NCBI GenBank assembly: GCA_030594675.1
Contig: JAUVES010000001.1
Coordinates: 1 to 49,721 of the forward strand
Direction: 5' to 3'
From: Candidatus Nanohaloarchaea archaeon
GTDB taxonomy: Archaea > EX4484-52 > GLR71
DNA length: 49,721 bases
The position numbers and the translations under genes were made by a program. Each line of letters begins with the position of its first letter. The stretch's first letter is position 1. The notes beneath the pieces are model-generated. The model was not told where the DNA came from. It made no database searches and was given only the letters and a program-made list of their open reading frames with translations. Positions 24,696 through 35,447 of this stretch are shown one piece after another.

Positions 24696-27600
24696 CTAAC
24701 GAGATCTCTGAGGACGTCTGACTCTGCCTTTCTTTGGCTTCTCAATATAGCGGCCAAAGATAATGTCAATATCAGTTCCACCTCTCTCGGCTGCTCGATA
24801 AGACTTTACGAACTGTTGGAAGCCTGGAATCCCAAGCAGTCGAGGAATAGCCGTAGCGTCTCCATTACCAAGTTTAACAAGTTCGTTAACAAGAGCTCCA
24901 CCGAACTCCGAGCCATACTTGAATTTTCCGCCATAGATAGGAACATACTCAAGCATTTCCTTTCCAATTGCCTTCGAGATCTTAGTATATCGCTCGATGT
25001 CAGTTACATAACCAAGCTTCTCTGCTTCTTCCTTTGCCGCCTTAACTGGATCTGGAACTGGAGAACGCATACCCATAAAGTCAAAGGCATAAGCAATAGC
25101 CGCAGTCGAAGCAACATATCTCGTCAAACGTTGCACTCGCTGAAGATTAGTAATATCTGGATTCTTAATGCCAAGAACTTGCCGACTTAAGAAATCAAAA
25201 TTAGCTATCACAAAAGTCTGAAGCGTGGACATAGCAGCACCTTCGGCTGTTCGTTGAAACGGAGCTCTGGCAGCTCTTGTCGCTGAACCTTGAGCTTGCT
25301 CTACAACGTCATCAGCATAATGTTTAGAGAATTCTTCCATAGCTTTCGCACGCTTAGCAGTAGGCATTTCTTCATATGTTTTAGATGTCTTATAAATTCT
25401 CTTGGCTTTTGCTTCTGCTCCTAACCAAGAAGCTTTAGCAATCAATCCATCATTAAGCATAAGAGGAGCAGAACCATAAGTTTTAATTTGCCTGCCTGCA
25501 TCAGAAATAGTTCTTCCAGGCTTTCCAGGAATCCAAGGATATGGCCGGCCAGCTTGCATCAAAGCAACTTCAGGAGCTCTAACAGTAAGAATGTCAGAAG
25601 TTTTAGATGCTCGCTTATGTTCAGCAGGATTCATAAGTTTAGCAAAACCTTCAACAGTTCTTGGAAGTCCAATTAACGTGATCGTATTATTTATTGAAGA
25701 TGCTTGATTAAGAAACGAGCCCCAATTAAATGTGACATAACTAACTGCAACATTAGAACTAAGACCACTCATCCTACGTCTTGTAACTGGATTAGTTACG
25801 TACATTATAGGCTCATGGCCTTTCTGATAATCAAGCCAATCAGAGATAAATCTCCAAGTATTAGGGGCATTCTCAGCAAGCTTATAACGAGGCAGTAAGA
25901 GCTCATGAAGATAAGCAGTCGTAGGCCCAATGTGAATAGCTCTACCTGCAAGCTTAGCATAAGCATTAAAGTTATCAAATGTATTTAGATGAAGATAGCC
26001 AGGAGTCTCAGGACCTGCCCTGAACTTCTCATGACCAGCAAGACCGGGAGCTCTAGAAACTTTCTCGATCTGACTTGGAATCTCCCTCAGCCTGGTCATA
26101 GCTTGATTTATTTTACCAAGATTATCTAAGATATTTATCTTCTCAAACTCTTGTAACCTGGCAAGATCATGAAACCACGGACTATAATTCTTAACTGCTG
26201 GAAACTTTTGCTGGCCAGCTGCTTCACGAGCTTTATTTATCTCTTTATATAAAGATCTATAAACTAACTGCTGCTCATCATAGACAGCCTTCTCCTTAGA
26301 TGTAAGTTTTTTAGGAATATCTTTTACACCCTGATTCTTCAACCTTGCAAGACCATCTGGCTGTTGTGCAATAGAATATTTCTCAATATTCTCTGCGTGC
26401 TTCTGACGAGTTCCAATGGAAAAGGTTCTTTTCATTCGATTAGATTCTTTCACCAAAGTCGTGACAAAATCATTCTCAGCCTTAGCAGCCTTGCGCATAG
26501 GATAATAGAAAGCTTCTTTTAATGGCTTTCCTAGCTGTGTAAACAAGCCTTCTGACGTAGCTAGCGTTCTGACTTTCTCGCCAAAGATAGGTCTTGGAAG
26601 ATCCTTCGTAACTGTTGAAACTACATGAGCATCTCCCCTCGTAACCGCAGGTGCCAGACGCCCTGGTCTGCCAGCTTTTCCTTTCTTCAAAACTCTCCTA
26701 GCCAAAAACTCTTCAGGCCTTTGACCTTTCTTAAGAAACTCAGACGTATCTTCAACTGCTGTCTTCTTAAATGCATTAGGAAAGGCCCTCAAGATCTGAC
26801 TATCAGGAACTTTTCGTCTCTGCATCTCAGCCACAATGTCTGTCTCAGTTACTTTTCTACGTTTGACCGATGAACGAAGTTTTTTAATTGTCTCAGGTTG
26901 TAGAGTTACTGAACCTTTCTCAGATTTTAAAGTTCTGACTAAACTACTCAAATAATCTGTAGTAAATCGTGCCTTAATTTCAGGTCTCAAAGAAAGTATG
27001 GCAGCTAATAAAGCATCTTTATCATTTTGTAAATTTTTCTTAACAGCTGCTATATTCTTTTTAGGAAACCTACCGGCTGCCAGTGACTTTTCAGTTTCTT
27101 CGACAAGAGATTTCAATCTTACAATATTTGGAGGCAGTCCTTTACCTTTAAAACGAGCTTCTATGTTAGCTAACTCTTGATCTTCCTTAAATAGTCTGCG
27201 AACCTTTCTTCTATCAGTCAATGTTATAGCCCCTCGTTCTTCTTTAAGAATGTCTATGACACCAAGACCTTCCTCACCAAGCATCTCGTCCCAAAAGCGT
27301 TTTGTAGCTTCAACTTCGACCTTCTTCATTTCTCTTGTCTTCTTAACATACCAGCCCTTTTTATCAGGCGTCCTTACAACTTCTCCAATCAGCCCTCGAC
27401 TCTTAGCCATACGCATAGCAAGAACTTTACTGCCAACTAACTTTCCCTCAGCAGTTCTCATTGGAGCCATTTCAGCTTCACGTCTAATTTCTCGTTCTAA
27501 GAGCTCTCCCTTAACATCAAGCGGTCTTTCGTATTTCTTCAAATCTGCCTCAACACCAGGAGGTCTGCCACGCTCAACGTCTACACGAGGAGGCTTTGGT

Positions 27601-29327
27601 TTCTTAACTGGTCTTTTCTTACCACCTGCATAAGCCCAAAAACTGCCAGTACTATCTACAAATCCAGTTTCTAAATCAGGTTTATTAAGAATATTATATT
27701 TTGTAGCTATATCAGCATGAAGTTGAGCCTCCTCTCCAACATAAATTTTAGAGCCAACTTTATCAGCTGGAAGTTCTTTACCTTTCTCAGGAAGTTTTCC
27801 TATAATTTCCTTAGGTTCTTTTACCTTAGGCTTTTTCACAACTTCTTTTTCTAACTTAGCTTTAAGTGTCTCAGCAATCTTAACATCACCGAACTCTCTG
27901 ACCTTAATAGCTCTAACAGCACTTCGCAGGTCTTTCTCCACATAGCCGAAATCCTTAAGATCTTCTTCATAATAACGACTCTTCTTGACCTCCTTCATTA
28001 TCTCGCCAACCTTCTTCTTACCCTCAATGCCAGCTCTGATCGTCTCAAACACTCCCATATCTTCGGCAACTTTAATTCCATCAGAGATCTCTCCGGCAAC
28101 TCGCTTACCGAACTGTTCCTCTATGTTCAATTTCCGAACGGAGGGCTTTTCTAAAACAACTTCAGGCTTAGGCTTCTCAACAACTATTTCTTCTTTGGCT
28201 TCCACCCGCTCTTCCTTAACGTCCCGTACACGTATGCGTTCTGCTTCTCTTTGCTCAGGCCTCTTTTCAACGCCCTTTGCTTTAACTTCCGTTCTAATTT
28301 CTTCGGCACTTGGAACCTCCTTTGTTAACTCTGCATCCTTTCTGACTCTTGTTCTTTCTTCTACCCATGAACCAACAGCTTTCTGAGCTCTAAAAGTCTT
28401 ATCCGTAGCAACTATTCGCTGCTCTTCAGTAATCCCCAGTTGGTCTAAGATCTTATCTACCTGTCGACTAACTACTTCAAGCTGTGCAGGAGTCTTAATA
28501 TCTTTCACGTCTTCGACAGTTTTTATATATCTACTGATAACATTCTTACTGACCTTCTTACCCTTCTTAACTGCTCCATGAAGACCCTTCAACAAGAGCA
28601 TCTCGCCAGCAAAACCAGTAAGATATCCAAGATTAGGATAACCAGCTTTAGAAAGTTTTTCATCTGCCACGTGAGGATAATGAAAAAGCCAATCCATAAG
28701 TTCGCCGGCTTTTCCTACAACCTTTTTACCTCCAGGCGTTACAGGTTCTCCCATGACTTCTGCAAAAAATCCAGACGCTTTGTCTGCTAGCTCTCTGACT
28801 TGTTTAGGACTTTTGATCTTAGCTTCTTCAAGCAACTGCGCTGTTGGCTTTCTTGCGAGATCAGGAGCACTAGGATCTGCTGGATAGCCTCCTTGTCTGA
28901 CTGTCTGTCTGATTCGATCTTGACGCAGAAGATTCTTAAGCTTCTCATTAATCTGCGTGGCAAAGCCCAAACCATAAGAAGGAAGAAAACTCACTGCCCC
29001 ATAGCCCAGTTGCACAACAGATTCCCCTGTGGCTTCAAGAAATTCTTTAGTTCCAGAATACTTCTCATCAAACCAGTCGTCAAAGGTTTTTCCAGTTTGA
29101 GTAGCATCTTGTGGAACTTCTAAAGTTTTCTGAGCCTCTTGAACCTGAGCATCAAAAGCATCAAGCCAGTCAGTCTCTGGCAAGGCTTCTGTTGGCGAGA
29201 GTCCTTCAGGTTCGACAAGAACTTCTGGTTGCGACTGGGCGGGAGCTATCGATTGAGACTCTTGTTCTGTAACTAGATATTTCTGAGCTTCCGAAACTTG
29301 CTGATCAAAGGCATCTAATTGCTCCAT
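24696..29327 (-). CDS. Large internal virion / DNA-ejection protein
   Basis: 1543 aa, helical and charged; last gene of the structural arm. Confidence 0.6.
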   Translation of the reverse strand: MEQLDAFDQQVSEAQKYLVTEQESQSIAPAQSQPEVLVEPEGLSPTEALPETDWLDAFDAQVQEAQKTLEVPQDATQTGKTFDDWFDEKYSGTKEFLEATGESVVQLGYGAVSFLPSYGLGFATQINEKLKNLLRQDRIRQTVRQGGYPADPSAPDLARKPTAQLLEEAKIKSPKQVRELADKASGFFAEVMGEPVTPGGKKVVGKAGELMDWLFHYPHVADEKLSKAGYPNLGYLTGFAGEMLLLKGLHGAVKKGKKVSKNVISRYIKTVEDVKDIKTPAQLEVVSRQVDKILDQLGITEEQRIVATDKTFRAQKAVGSWVEERTRVRKDAELTKEVPSAEEIRTEVKAKGVEKRPEQREAERIRVRDVKEERVEAKEEIVVEKPKPEVVLEKPSVRKLNIEEQFGKRVAGEISDGIKVAEDMGVFETIRAGIEGKKKVGEIMKEVKKSRYYEEDLKDFGYVEKDLRSAVRAIKVREFGDVKIAETLKAKLEKEVVKKPKVKEPKEIIGKLPEKGKELPADKVGSKIYVGEEAQLHADIATKYNILNKPDLETGFVDSTGSFWAYAGGKKRPVKKPKPPRVDVERGRPPGVEADLKKYERPLDVKGELLEREIRREAEMAPMRTAEGKLVGSKVLAMRMAKSRGLIGEVVRTPDKKGWYVKKTREMKKVEVEATKRFWDEMLGEEGLGVIDILKEERGAITLTDRRKVRRLFKEDQELANIEARFKGKGLPPNIVRLKSLVEETEKSLAAGRFPKKNIAAVKKNLQNDKDALLAAILSLRPEIKARFTTDYLSSLVRTLKSEKGSVTLQPETIKKLRSSVKRRKVTETDIVAEMQRRKVPDSQILRAFPNAFKKTAVEDTSEFLKKGQRPEEFLARRVLKKGKAGRPGRLAPAVTRGDAHVVSTVTKDLPRPIFGEKVRTLATSEGLFTQLGKPLKEAFYYPMRKAAKAENDFVTTLVKESNRMKRTFSIGTRQKHAENIEKYSIAQQPDGLARLKNQGVKDIPKKLTSKEKAVYDEQQLVYRSLYKEINKAREAAGQQKFPAVKNYSPWFHDLARLQEFEKINILDNLGKINQAMTRLREIPSQIEKVSRAPGLAGHEKFRAGPETPGYLHLNTFDNFNAYAKLAGRAIHIGPTTAYLHELLLPRYKLAENAPNTWRFISDWLDYQKGHEPIMYVTNPVTRRRMSGLSSNVAVSYVTFNWGSFLNQASSINNTITLIGLPRTVEGFAKLMNPAEHKRASKTSDILTVRAPEVALMQAGRPYPWIPGKPGRTISDAGRQIKTYGSAPLMLNDGLIAKASWLGAEAKAKRIYKTSKTYEEMPTAKRAKAMEEFSKHYADDVVEQAQGSATRAARAPFQRTAEGAAMSTLQTFVIANFDFLSRQVLGIKNPDITNLQRVQRLTRYVASTAAIAYAFDFMGMRSPVPDPVKAAKEEAEKLGYVTDIERYTKISKAIGKEMLEYVPIYGGKFKYGSEFGGALVNELVKLGNGDATAIPRLLGIPGFQQFVKSYRAAERGGTDIDIIFGRYIEKPKKGRVRRPQRSR
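28121..28143. repeat. 23-bp palindrome, copy 11 (CTATGTTC AATTTCC GAACGGAG)
   Basis: Consensus match deep inside a CDS. Confidence 0.9.
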
Positions 29328-30307
29328 TATCTTCCCTCAAATCTTTCTTTATTAGCTTTTATCTTCTCTGCATGCTCTATCACAATCATCCCTTCGTAGA
29401 TCTCCTGCAGGCGATCATTAACAGATATTCCTTTTCGCTTAGCAGCTGTAAATATGTCAGTAGGAGTCATTTGAACTCTATTTGCAACTGGCAGCTTAAC
29501 TTCAATAGGCTTATCTTCCTCACCATATGTTATACCTAAAAAAGTTTTATCTGCAGTTCCTCGAAACATCATAGAAGGATAGTCAAGAGTCTTAGAACGA
29601 TCATTATAGGCTGCGATAGAAGCATCTGAAGCATAAAATTCAGTTCTCAGATCATCAGCAGACTTCTCATGATCAACTATAAGCTTCCGGCGTTCCTCAG
29701 GCCTCAAAGCTGCAACTCCAGCCATTGGCTTAGCGACCATCGCAGGAATAACACCACCTGGCATTGTAGCAGCAAGAGTCGAAAGTGGAATATTTTCTAT
29801 ATCTCCAATCGTCTGACCTCCAAGAGCCTCAACTCCCTTACGTTTCCGATCTTCTTCTACTCCTGAAACCCTCACGTCTTGAAGACTCTTAATTCCACCT
29901 GCCATCTGTTGAAGCATGCCGCTTGGAACTTCATAATCTACCCAACCTCCTTCTCCACTAGGAAGACTTGTAACAACTGGCTTCATCCAAGCATCATGTT
30001 GAGCTTGATCTATCAAACCAGTTCTAAGACGCTCTTCAACCTCAGCCTTAGCCTTAGCACCTTCGATCTGAGACTGTCTTGGAATCTCATAGATCTGATC
30101 AGCAATCTTCATTTTAACCATAGGAGGATTTTCAAGAAGATCGAGTTTTCGTTTTGCCAGTTCTCCCTGTTGTCTAGTTCCCATCATATTGATGAGCATC
30201 TGCGCTTGTTTATAACGATTACTTTCCGTTACATCTCTTCTTGCTCCAATTGCACTAATCTCTTGTGGGGATAGTCCTACTAAGCCAGCCATTTTAAAAG
30301 CCTCCAC
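29327..30307 (-). CDS. Putative internal virion protein
   Basis: Position in the ejection-protein block; 326 aa. Confidence 0.5.
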   Translation of the reverse strand: MEAFKMAGLVGLSPQEISAIGARRDVTESNRYKQAQMLINMMGTRQQGELAKRKLDLLENPPMVKMKIADQIYEIPRQSQIEGAKAKAEVEERLRTGLIDQAQHDAWMKPVVTSLPSGEGGWVDYEVPSGMLQQMAGGIKSLQDVRVSGVEEDRKRKGVEALGGQTIGDIENIPLSTLAATMPGGVIPAMVAKPMAGVAALRPEERRKLIVDHEKSADDLRTEFYASDASIAAYNDRSKTLDYPSMMFRGTADKTFLGITYGEEDKPIEVKLPVANRVQMTPTDIFTAAKRKGISVNDRLQEIYEGMIVIEHAEKIKANKERFEGR

Positions 30308-30728
30308 TAAAATCTTTTATAAACTCTTCCGAACTTCTTATAACAGGTTTAGAAGTTTCTTCCATACGTTTCTCAACTTCTTCCATACCTGTGATATTAT
30401 ATTGAAGTCCTCCAGCCCCAGTAGGATCTCTCGAAAGCGAAACAGTCGTAGGCCCTGCCTTGTCTTTTCCAGTTAGCATCTCCATAAAACGACTCCAATC
30501 TTGCTTACCGCTTGTCTCACGTTCTTTTTCTGCCTTAGCTGCCAAGCTGCTTCTTGCAAGTGTCGAACCTACACCTGCGAAAGGATTCTCAGGATCTAAC
30601 TTGCTTCCAACCATATCCATAACAATAGAAAGAAGCTCTGTATTACCCAACAAGCTTTTCATAAAATCTGAAGATTGCTCTTTCTGTCCAAGCTGACTAA
30701 CTAAAGCTTGATTATCAACAAGTGCCAT
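30294..30728 (-). CDS. Putative internal virion protein
   Basis: AGGAG RBS; position. Confidence 0.5.
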   Translation of the reverse strand: MALVDNQALVSQLGQKEQSSDFMKSLLGNTELLSIVMDMVGSKLDPENPFAGVGSTLARSSLAAKAEKERETSGKQDWSRFMEMLTGKDKAGPTTVSLSRDPTGAGGLQYNITGMEEVEKRMEETSKPVIRSSEEFIKDFSGGF

Positions 30729-30742
30729 TTTTAAATCTCCTT

Positions 30743-31669
30743 TTATTCAAATAATACTATTGCCAAGCCAACTAAATAACCAATTATTCCTCCAATAATA
30801 GCTCCTATAGGCCCAAAATAAGATCCAATGCTAATTCCCATCATCCAATAACTTGATATTAGCAAACCCTTTGAAAAATCAGATCTTTCTCTAAGAGATA
30901 CTTCCTTAACCTTTGGACCTCGCAATGCAGCTAATGCAGCTCTCTTATATTCAAGAATCATAAAAGGCCATAGAATGTGTCGAAGTGTAAGTCGATAATT
31001 ATATCTATCAGTATCAAGTTTTGCCATAAATTGGAGCTTCATAATAAAAGCATACGAAAATATAACTTTCTTCTTCTGATTCAATGAATCTATCCAACGC
31101 TCAGTAATATCTGGAATTAAAAGATATTTCAAATTAGCACTAATGGTAGCTCTGAGTTTAACTCGACGCTCTTCTAATACAGTCTTGCCAATTATAAAAG
31201 AACTACTTACAACTGCATTTAAACTTCTCATACTAAGTACAAACTTAGGAATCAAATCTTTTACAATATTATCATTTGTTAAACTGATATTAGTTTCTGT
31301 CAAAGCGTCTATCTCAGGAACTGCCAAAGAATTTTCAAATATATTACTAAACAAACTATCTATATCTAAGCCCACCATGAACTTTCCAAACATATCATGC
31401 AAAGACGGAAAATTACTTAAAACATAACCTGCGCCAAAGAAAGCTTCATCAGAATTTAATGCCATAAAAGACTTATAAGAAGATTCAGAATAGTCTATAG
31501 TTTGATCACAATAATCTTGAAGAGTATCTAAAAAACTAGCATGATATGCTTCTACATATGGCGCAAATCTAAGTGTTCCTCCCATCGTATGAAGTTTACC
31601 AGCACCAAGGCCACTACTAGTAGAATATCCTGCCCCATAAAAAAAACTACCAAACTTCCAATCTCCCAT
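30743..31669 (-). CDS. Putative ejection/pilot protein (paralogue of 31680..32579)
   Basis: GGAGG RBS before MGDWK; hydrophobic Gly-rich C-terminus. Confidence 0.6.
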   Translation of the reverse strand: MGDWKFGSFFYGAGYSTSSGLGAGKLHTMGGTLRFAPYVEAYHASFLDTLQDYCDQTIDYSESSYKSFMALNSDEAFFGAGYVLSNFPSLHDMFGKFMVGLDIDSLFSNIFENSLAVPEIDALTETNISLTNDNIVKDLIPKFVLSMRSLNAVVSSSFIIGKTVLEERRVKLRATISANLKYLLIPDITERWIDSLNQKKKVIFSYAFIMKLQFMAKLDTDRYNYRLTLRHILWPFMILEYKRAALAALRGPKVKEVSLRERSDFSKGLLISSYWMMGISIGSYFGPIGAIIGGIIGYLVGLAIVLFE

Positions 31670-31679
31670 AATAAACCTC

Positions 31680-32579
31680 CTAATAAGTAAGAGCTGCTGC
31701 AATTCCCAATGCTGCTCCAATTCCAGCTCCCCATCCAGCCCCACCTGCCGTTGCAGCTGAAGTACTTGTCGCTGCCTGCGCTGGCGCTACTGCATTACCA
31801 ATCATAGCTCCAGTTGCAGCACCTGAAAGTGCGCCACCAAGAACTCTTGAAACTGTCGAAGCTCCAGCTGCATTAGTCGTAGTTGTAGTAGCTCCTTGTA
31901 GTGCTCCTAGCGCTGCTCGCTCATATTCCAAAACTGTAAATGGCCAAAGCTTATCTTTAGCATCATAACTATAATTAATATCATCTATATCCATCTTTGC
32001 TGAAAAATAAAACTTCATAATCTCAGCATAGGTACATACAATGTTTTTATTCCAGTCAAGATGCGCTATCCATCTATCTCTGACTGTCGGAATAAGTTTA
32101 TATTTTAACTCAGCTCTGAATTTTTCCAAAGCCTTGACCCTTGTGTCTTCAATCAGTGACTTACCTACAACAAAGGTGCTAGCAAGAACTGAGTTAATGT
32201 CTCTAATACCTGTCTGTAGTCTTGGCAAAACATTAGCTTCTATATCATCTTCCATTAGAACTGCTTCAGCAGATACTAGATTATCTACCTCAGAAGAGTT
32301 CAAAGTATCCTCAAACAACTGACTATAAAGAGCATCTATATCTAAGCCTGCCATAAACTTTCCATACATGTCATAAAGAGATGGAAAACTACTTATAACA
32401 TAGCCAGCCCCAAAAAAAGCATTATCAACTTCAACATCTGTATAATCAGAAAAAGGAGAGGCATCTATAACGGCCATCCGTCTAGATTGTACTTCTCCGA
32501 GAAAATTATTATGCCGAGTTTCTACATAGGGCGCATATCTAATCGTCATTGTATCGCTAGCTTTACTACTACTACCCAT
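31680..32579 (-). CDS. Putative ejection/pilot protein
   Basis: MGSSS start; Gly/Ala-rich glycine-zipper C-terminus. Confidence 0.6.
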   Translation of the reverse strand: MGSSSKASDTMTIRYAPYVETRHNNFLGEVQSRRMAVIDASPFSDYTDVEVDNAFFGAGYVISSFPSLYDMYGKFMAGLDIDALYSQLFEDTLNSSEVDNLVSAEAVLMEDDIEANVLPRLQTGIRDINSVLASTFVVGKSLIEDTRVKALEKFRAELKYKLIPTVRDRWIAHLDWNKNIVCTYAEIMKFYFSAKMDIDDINYSYDAKDKLWPFTVLEYERAALGALQGATTTTTNAAGASTVSRVLGGALSGAATGAMIGNAVAPAQAATSTSAATAGGAGWGAGIGAALGIAAALTY

Positions 32580-32589
32580 CAGAACCTCC

Positions 32590-33024
32590 TTAGGTTAAAT
32601 TAAATCCAAAAGATCTCTGAATTTCCTTAAATCCTACCCTGCGTCCAAGTTCCATTACTCTCTCATGTCGAGTCTCAAAAATAATAGAATCACACTGCTG
32701 CTTAGTGGCAAAATTTCTTAAAAATACATAATCACTATCCCATTCTGCTGCATCAACTTTTTCTAATGAATATAATATTTGAATTTGGAGAGACTTTCTA
32801 GCAGTAACTTTATGAATCTGCATTCTCGTGACCATCAGAGTTACTAACACTCGTCTATCATTTAAGCGAACAAAACATTGAGCAGTATCGCTTAAAAGTG
32901 CTTGAAGAAGTTCATTGAGATAAACTTGTCGAAATTCCTTAGCTACTTCGTCTGCAGTCACTGCACAGAATTTAATACTCTCCCAAAAAACAGGAATTTG
33001 TACAGGCAATATTTTAACTATCAT
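32590..33024 (-). CDS. Hypothetical protein, possibly GNAT-fold tail assembly protein
   Basis: Position after the nozzle-like gene; FATKQQC..I.FET...RVGFKE pattern. Confidence 0.45.
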   Translation of the reverse strand: MIVKILPVQIPVFWESIKFCAVTADEVAKEFRQVYLNELLQALLSDTAQCFVRLNDRRVLVTLMVTRMQIHKVTARKSLQIQILYSLEKVDAAEWDSDYVFLRNFATKQQCDSIIFETRHERVMELGRRVGFKEIQRSFGFNLT

Positions 33025-33033
33025 CGTTAACTC

Positions 33034-33056
33034 CTTTATTCGGAAATTGAACGTAG
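33034..33056. repeat. 23-bp palindrome, copy 12 (CTTTATTC GGAAATT GAACGTAG)
   Basis: One deviation, which supplies the TAA stop of 33036..34253. Confidence 0.8.
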
Positions 33057-34253
33057 CGTGTGTTCAGTGTAAGAATAGCCATGCACAAAACCGTTTATTT
33101 TTAAATAGTCAAGTTCAAAATATTCATAAGTCGAAACTCTAAGTTTAAATCGAAACTCCAATCCATAACAAGTCATATGAGCGACACCTTCAAGTGTAAC
33201 TGGATGCCAACCGATATTAGAAAAAGCAACTTTGTTACTAACTCGAAAATCTATCGAGGCTTCCATATTTCCGGTCAGATCTGTACCAACCTCAATCGAA
33301 CGAATAGTTTTAAACTTTCTTGTACCCATGTCGTAGATGTCAGTACAAATCTCAAATGTCGGAATATCAACAGTTGCAGGAGATGTTATGTAAAGATTGC
33401 CATTCTTCGAACCAATTCCTGTTACATTAACAGGGCCACTTCCAAGACTCTTGTCTACTGGAGAATACGCATAACCGACAGTTCCATCACAGATATAGAT
33501 AATATTATTCTCAACATCATAAGACATAACAAGATCTGACATAAGAGAAAAATATTCAGAGTAATCTAGAAGCATCAGAGTTTCTCCAAATTCCCACAGT
33601 TGACCTTTAGAATCTATAAAATAATGAATCTTATCAGTTCCAGTTGCTGCTTCAGGACTGTAAAGACCCAGCTTGCTAACTGTCTCAAGACCGTAATATT
33701 TATCAGCAGGCTTGAGAATTGAAACTCCATTCTCACCATAAGCAACAACTTTGTTTCCAAGTTTTCTAATATCATAAACCCAGCCGCTCCAATCAAGAGG
33801 ACGTTCTCCAGCTACATTAGCCCTTCCGATAGCAAAGTCTAAACTTCCAATATCAGACCACTTAACCCAATTTTTCTTAGCAACTTCAAGAAGAATATCA
33901 GCATCTTTAAAACTAGTTGCTACAATAATAGGAGCGGCATTCATAAGTGTGCCAACAATCCAATCTCCAGTTGGCAGCGTAGTGACTTCTATAGGATCTG
34001 CCCACAAACAGATATTAAACCACTCACCAGTCAAGGTCGCAGTGACTATTGGGATGTCAAGATTTTCATCATCTGCCTGGCAATCAAACTCTTGGTTGAG
34101 TGAATAATTAATCGGAGCATATGGAAATTGACTTCTGACTGCATAGAGACCTGTCGAGACTTCTATTGGAGTTCCAACTGCTATCCAGAATTCATCTGTA
34201 CCAAGAATTGCTGCAGTTGTTACAATTGGATCTGCCGTAATATCTATGGCCAT
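33036..34253 (-). CDS. Tail nozzle / DNA-stabilisation (P22 gp10 / tubular protein B-like), C-terminal part
   Basis: VKWSDIG propeller motif; C-terminal TDIYDMG..KFKTIRSIEV...FRFKL pattern. Confidence 0.6.
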   Translation of the reverse strand: MAIDITADPIVTTAAILGTDEFWIAVGTPIEVSTGLYAVRSQFPYAPINYSLNQEFDCQADDENLDIPIVTATLTGEWFNICLWADPIEVTTLPTGDWIVGTLMNAAPIIVATSFKDADILLEVAKKNWVKWSDIGSLDFAIGRANVAGERPLDWSGWVYDIRKLGNKVVAYGENGVSILKPADKYYGLETVSKLGLYSPEAATGTDKIHYFIDSKGQLWEFGETLMLLDYSEYFSLMSDLVMSYDVENNIIYICDGTVGYAYSPVDKSLGSGPVNVTGIGSKNGNLYITSPATVDIPTFEICTDIYDMGTRKFKTIRSIEVGTDLTGNMEASIDFRVSNKVAFSNIGWHPVTLEGVAHMTCYGLEFRFKLRVSTYEYFELDYLKINGFVHGYSYTEHTLRSISE

Positions 34254-34255
34254 TT

Positions 34256-34714
34256 TTATCTCCTAGAATCCCAATCATCAAAGGCAAGTGTATATTTTTC
34301 TTCTATTTTCATATAGCCACAAGCTACAGTAGCTGTAACATTATTAACAGTTGTTAGTTCTATTTTAGCATCTTTCCAACCTTGCCATCTTCCTGCAAAG
34401 GGAATTGAAAGATTAACTGGAGCGTCACTTGTATTAGCAGTTAAGATATTTATAGTATTCACGCCATCAGTAAAACTAATTGTAACAGTTGATAATGCGA
34501 CCTTATCAGTCGTCAAAACAAGATCAGTTAAAAGTAAAGAACTCTTAGGTAATGGTTCAGCTACAGTAGAAGTTCCAGCAACTGTATGAGTAGTTGTTTT
34601 AAAAACACCCTCAAATGTATGAATAGGCTGAGTTATTAGAATAGGTTCTTCGTAAAGACCCCCAGTCCGATACTCTCGCTCATCTTTTATTGTAGCTAAT
34701 GCAACTTTTAACAT
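34256..34714 (-). CDS. Virion accessory protein
   Basis: Thr-rich, beta-rich ORF; AGGAG RBS. Confidence 0.55.
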   Translation of the reverse strand: MLKVALATIKDEREYRTGGLYEEPILITQPIHTFEGVFKTTTHTVAGTSTVAEPLPKSSLLLTDLVLTTDKVALSTVTISFTDGVNTINILTANTSDAPVNLSIPFAGRWQGWKDAKIELTTVNNVTATVACGYMKIEEKYTLAFDDWDSRR

Positions 34715-34726
34715 TTAGTTCTCCTA

Positions 34727-35266
34727 CTATTCACATAAGAAAAGAAACGACAAGACAGCCTTAAGTGCTACTGCTCCAGTTACAGCATAAAGTGATAGTA
34801 TGGAATTCTTTGGCACTACTAAACTACTATCCCATCTGATCTTATTATAACTATTAGTACATTGGATTACATCTACGATATCTCCTCCAGAAAGTCCTGT
34901 TATATCTACTCCACTCTCACACGTAGCATCTGCAGTCTTCCCACTTCCAGCATTACGAGAGACAGGTGTAAGAGTTGCATGAGTACCACCAACAGTTCCA
35001 GTATCACCAAGTTTAACTTGAATACTTTCAGCAGACGCACTATAAAGAGAAATTGATCTCATAACAAGATTAAGAACATCTGTATTTTTAATATAAAAGA
35101 AGCAATCTCCAGCTCCAGTTGGTGTCAAGTCTATAATAGCACTATAAGCATGCCCGCAACTTACATTTGCATGGTGCTGAAGTGGCCGCATAACTGACGC
35201 AACATTTCCATAGCCTTCAGAATTTACTCCCATTCCTCGACTTGTACCTGGATCTCTAATAATCAT
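34727..35266 (-). CDS. Virion accessory protein
   Basis: Beta-rich Gly/Ser/Thr ORF in the tail block. Confidence 0.55.
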   Translation of the reverse strand: MIIRDPGTSRGMGVNSEGYGNVASVMRPLQHHANVSCGHAYSAIIDLTPTGAGDCFFYIKNTDVLNLVMRSISLYSASAESIQVKLGDTGTVGGTHATLTPVSRNAGSGKTADATCESGVDITGLSGGDIVDVIQCTNSYNKIRWDSSLVVPKNSILSLYAVTGAVALKAVLSFLFLCE

Positions 35267-35447
35267 TTTTTATATCCTCCTGTTCTATTTCACTACTAGT
35301 TACTATTTCCATATGATGAGTTAGAACTTTTAATTGTACTAAGATCTCATTTAAAAGATCTCGAACTGTCTTCTCATGAACTTCAAGACCTTCTTCAATC
35401 ATATCATCAAAACGATAGACCTCAAGTGGATGCTGTGTACGACTCAT
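35256..35447 (-). CDS. Small coiled-coil protein
   Basis: LLNEILVQLKVLTHHM; ATGA overlap. Confidence 0.55.
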   Translation of the reverse strand: MSRTQHPLEVYRFDDMIEEGLEVHEKTVRDLLNEILVQLKVLTHHMEIVTSSEIEQEDIKNDY

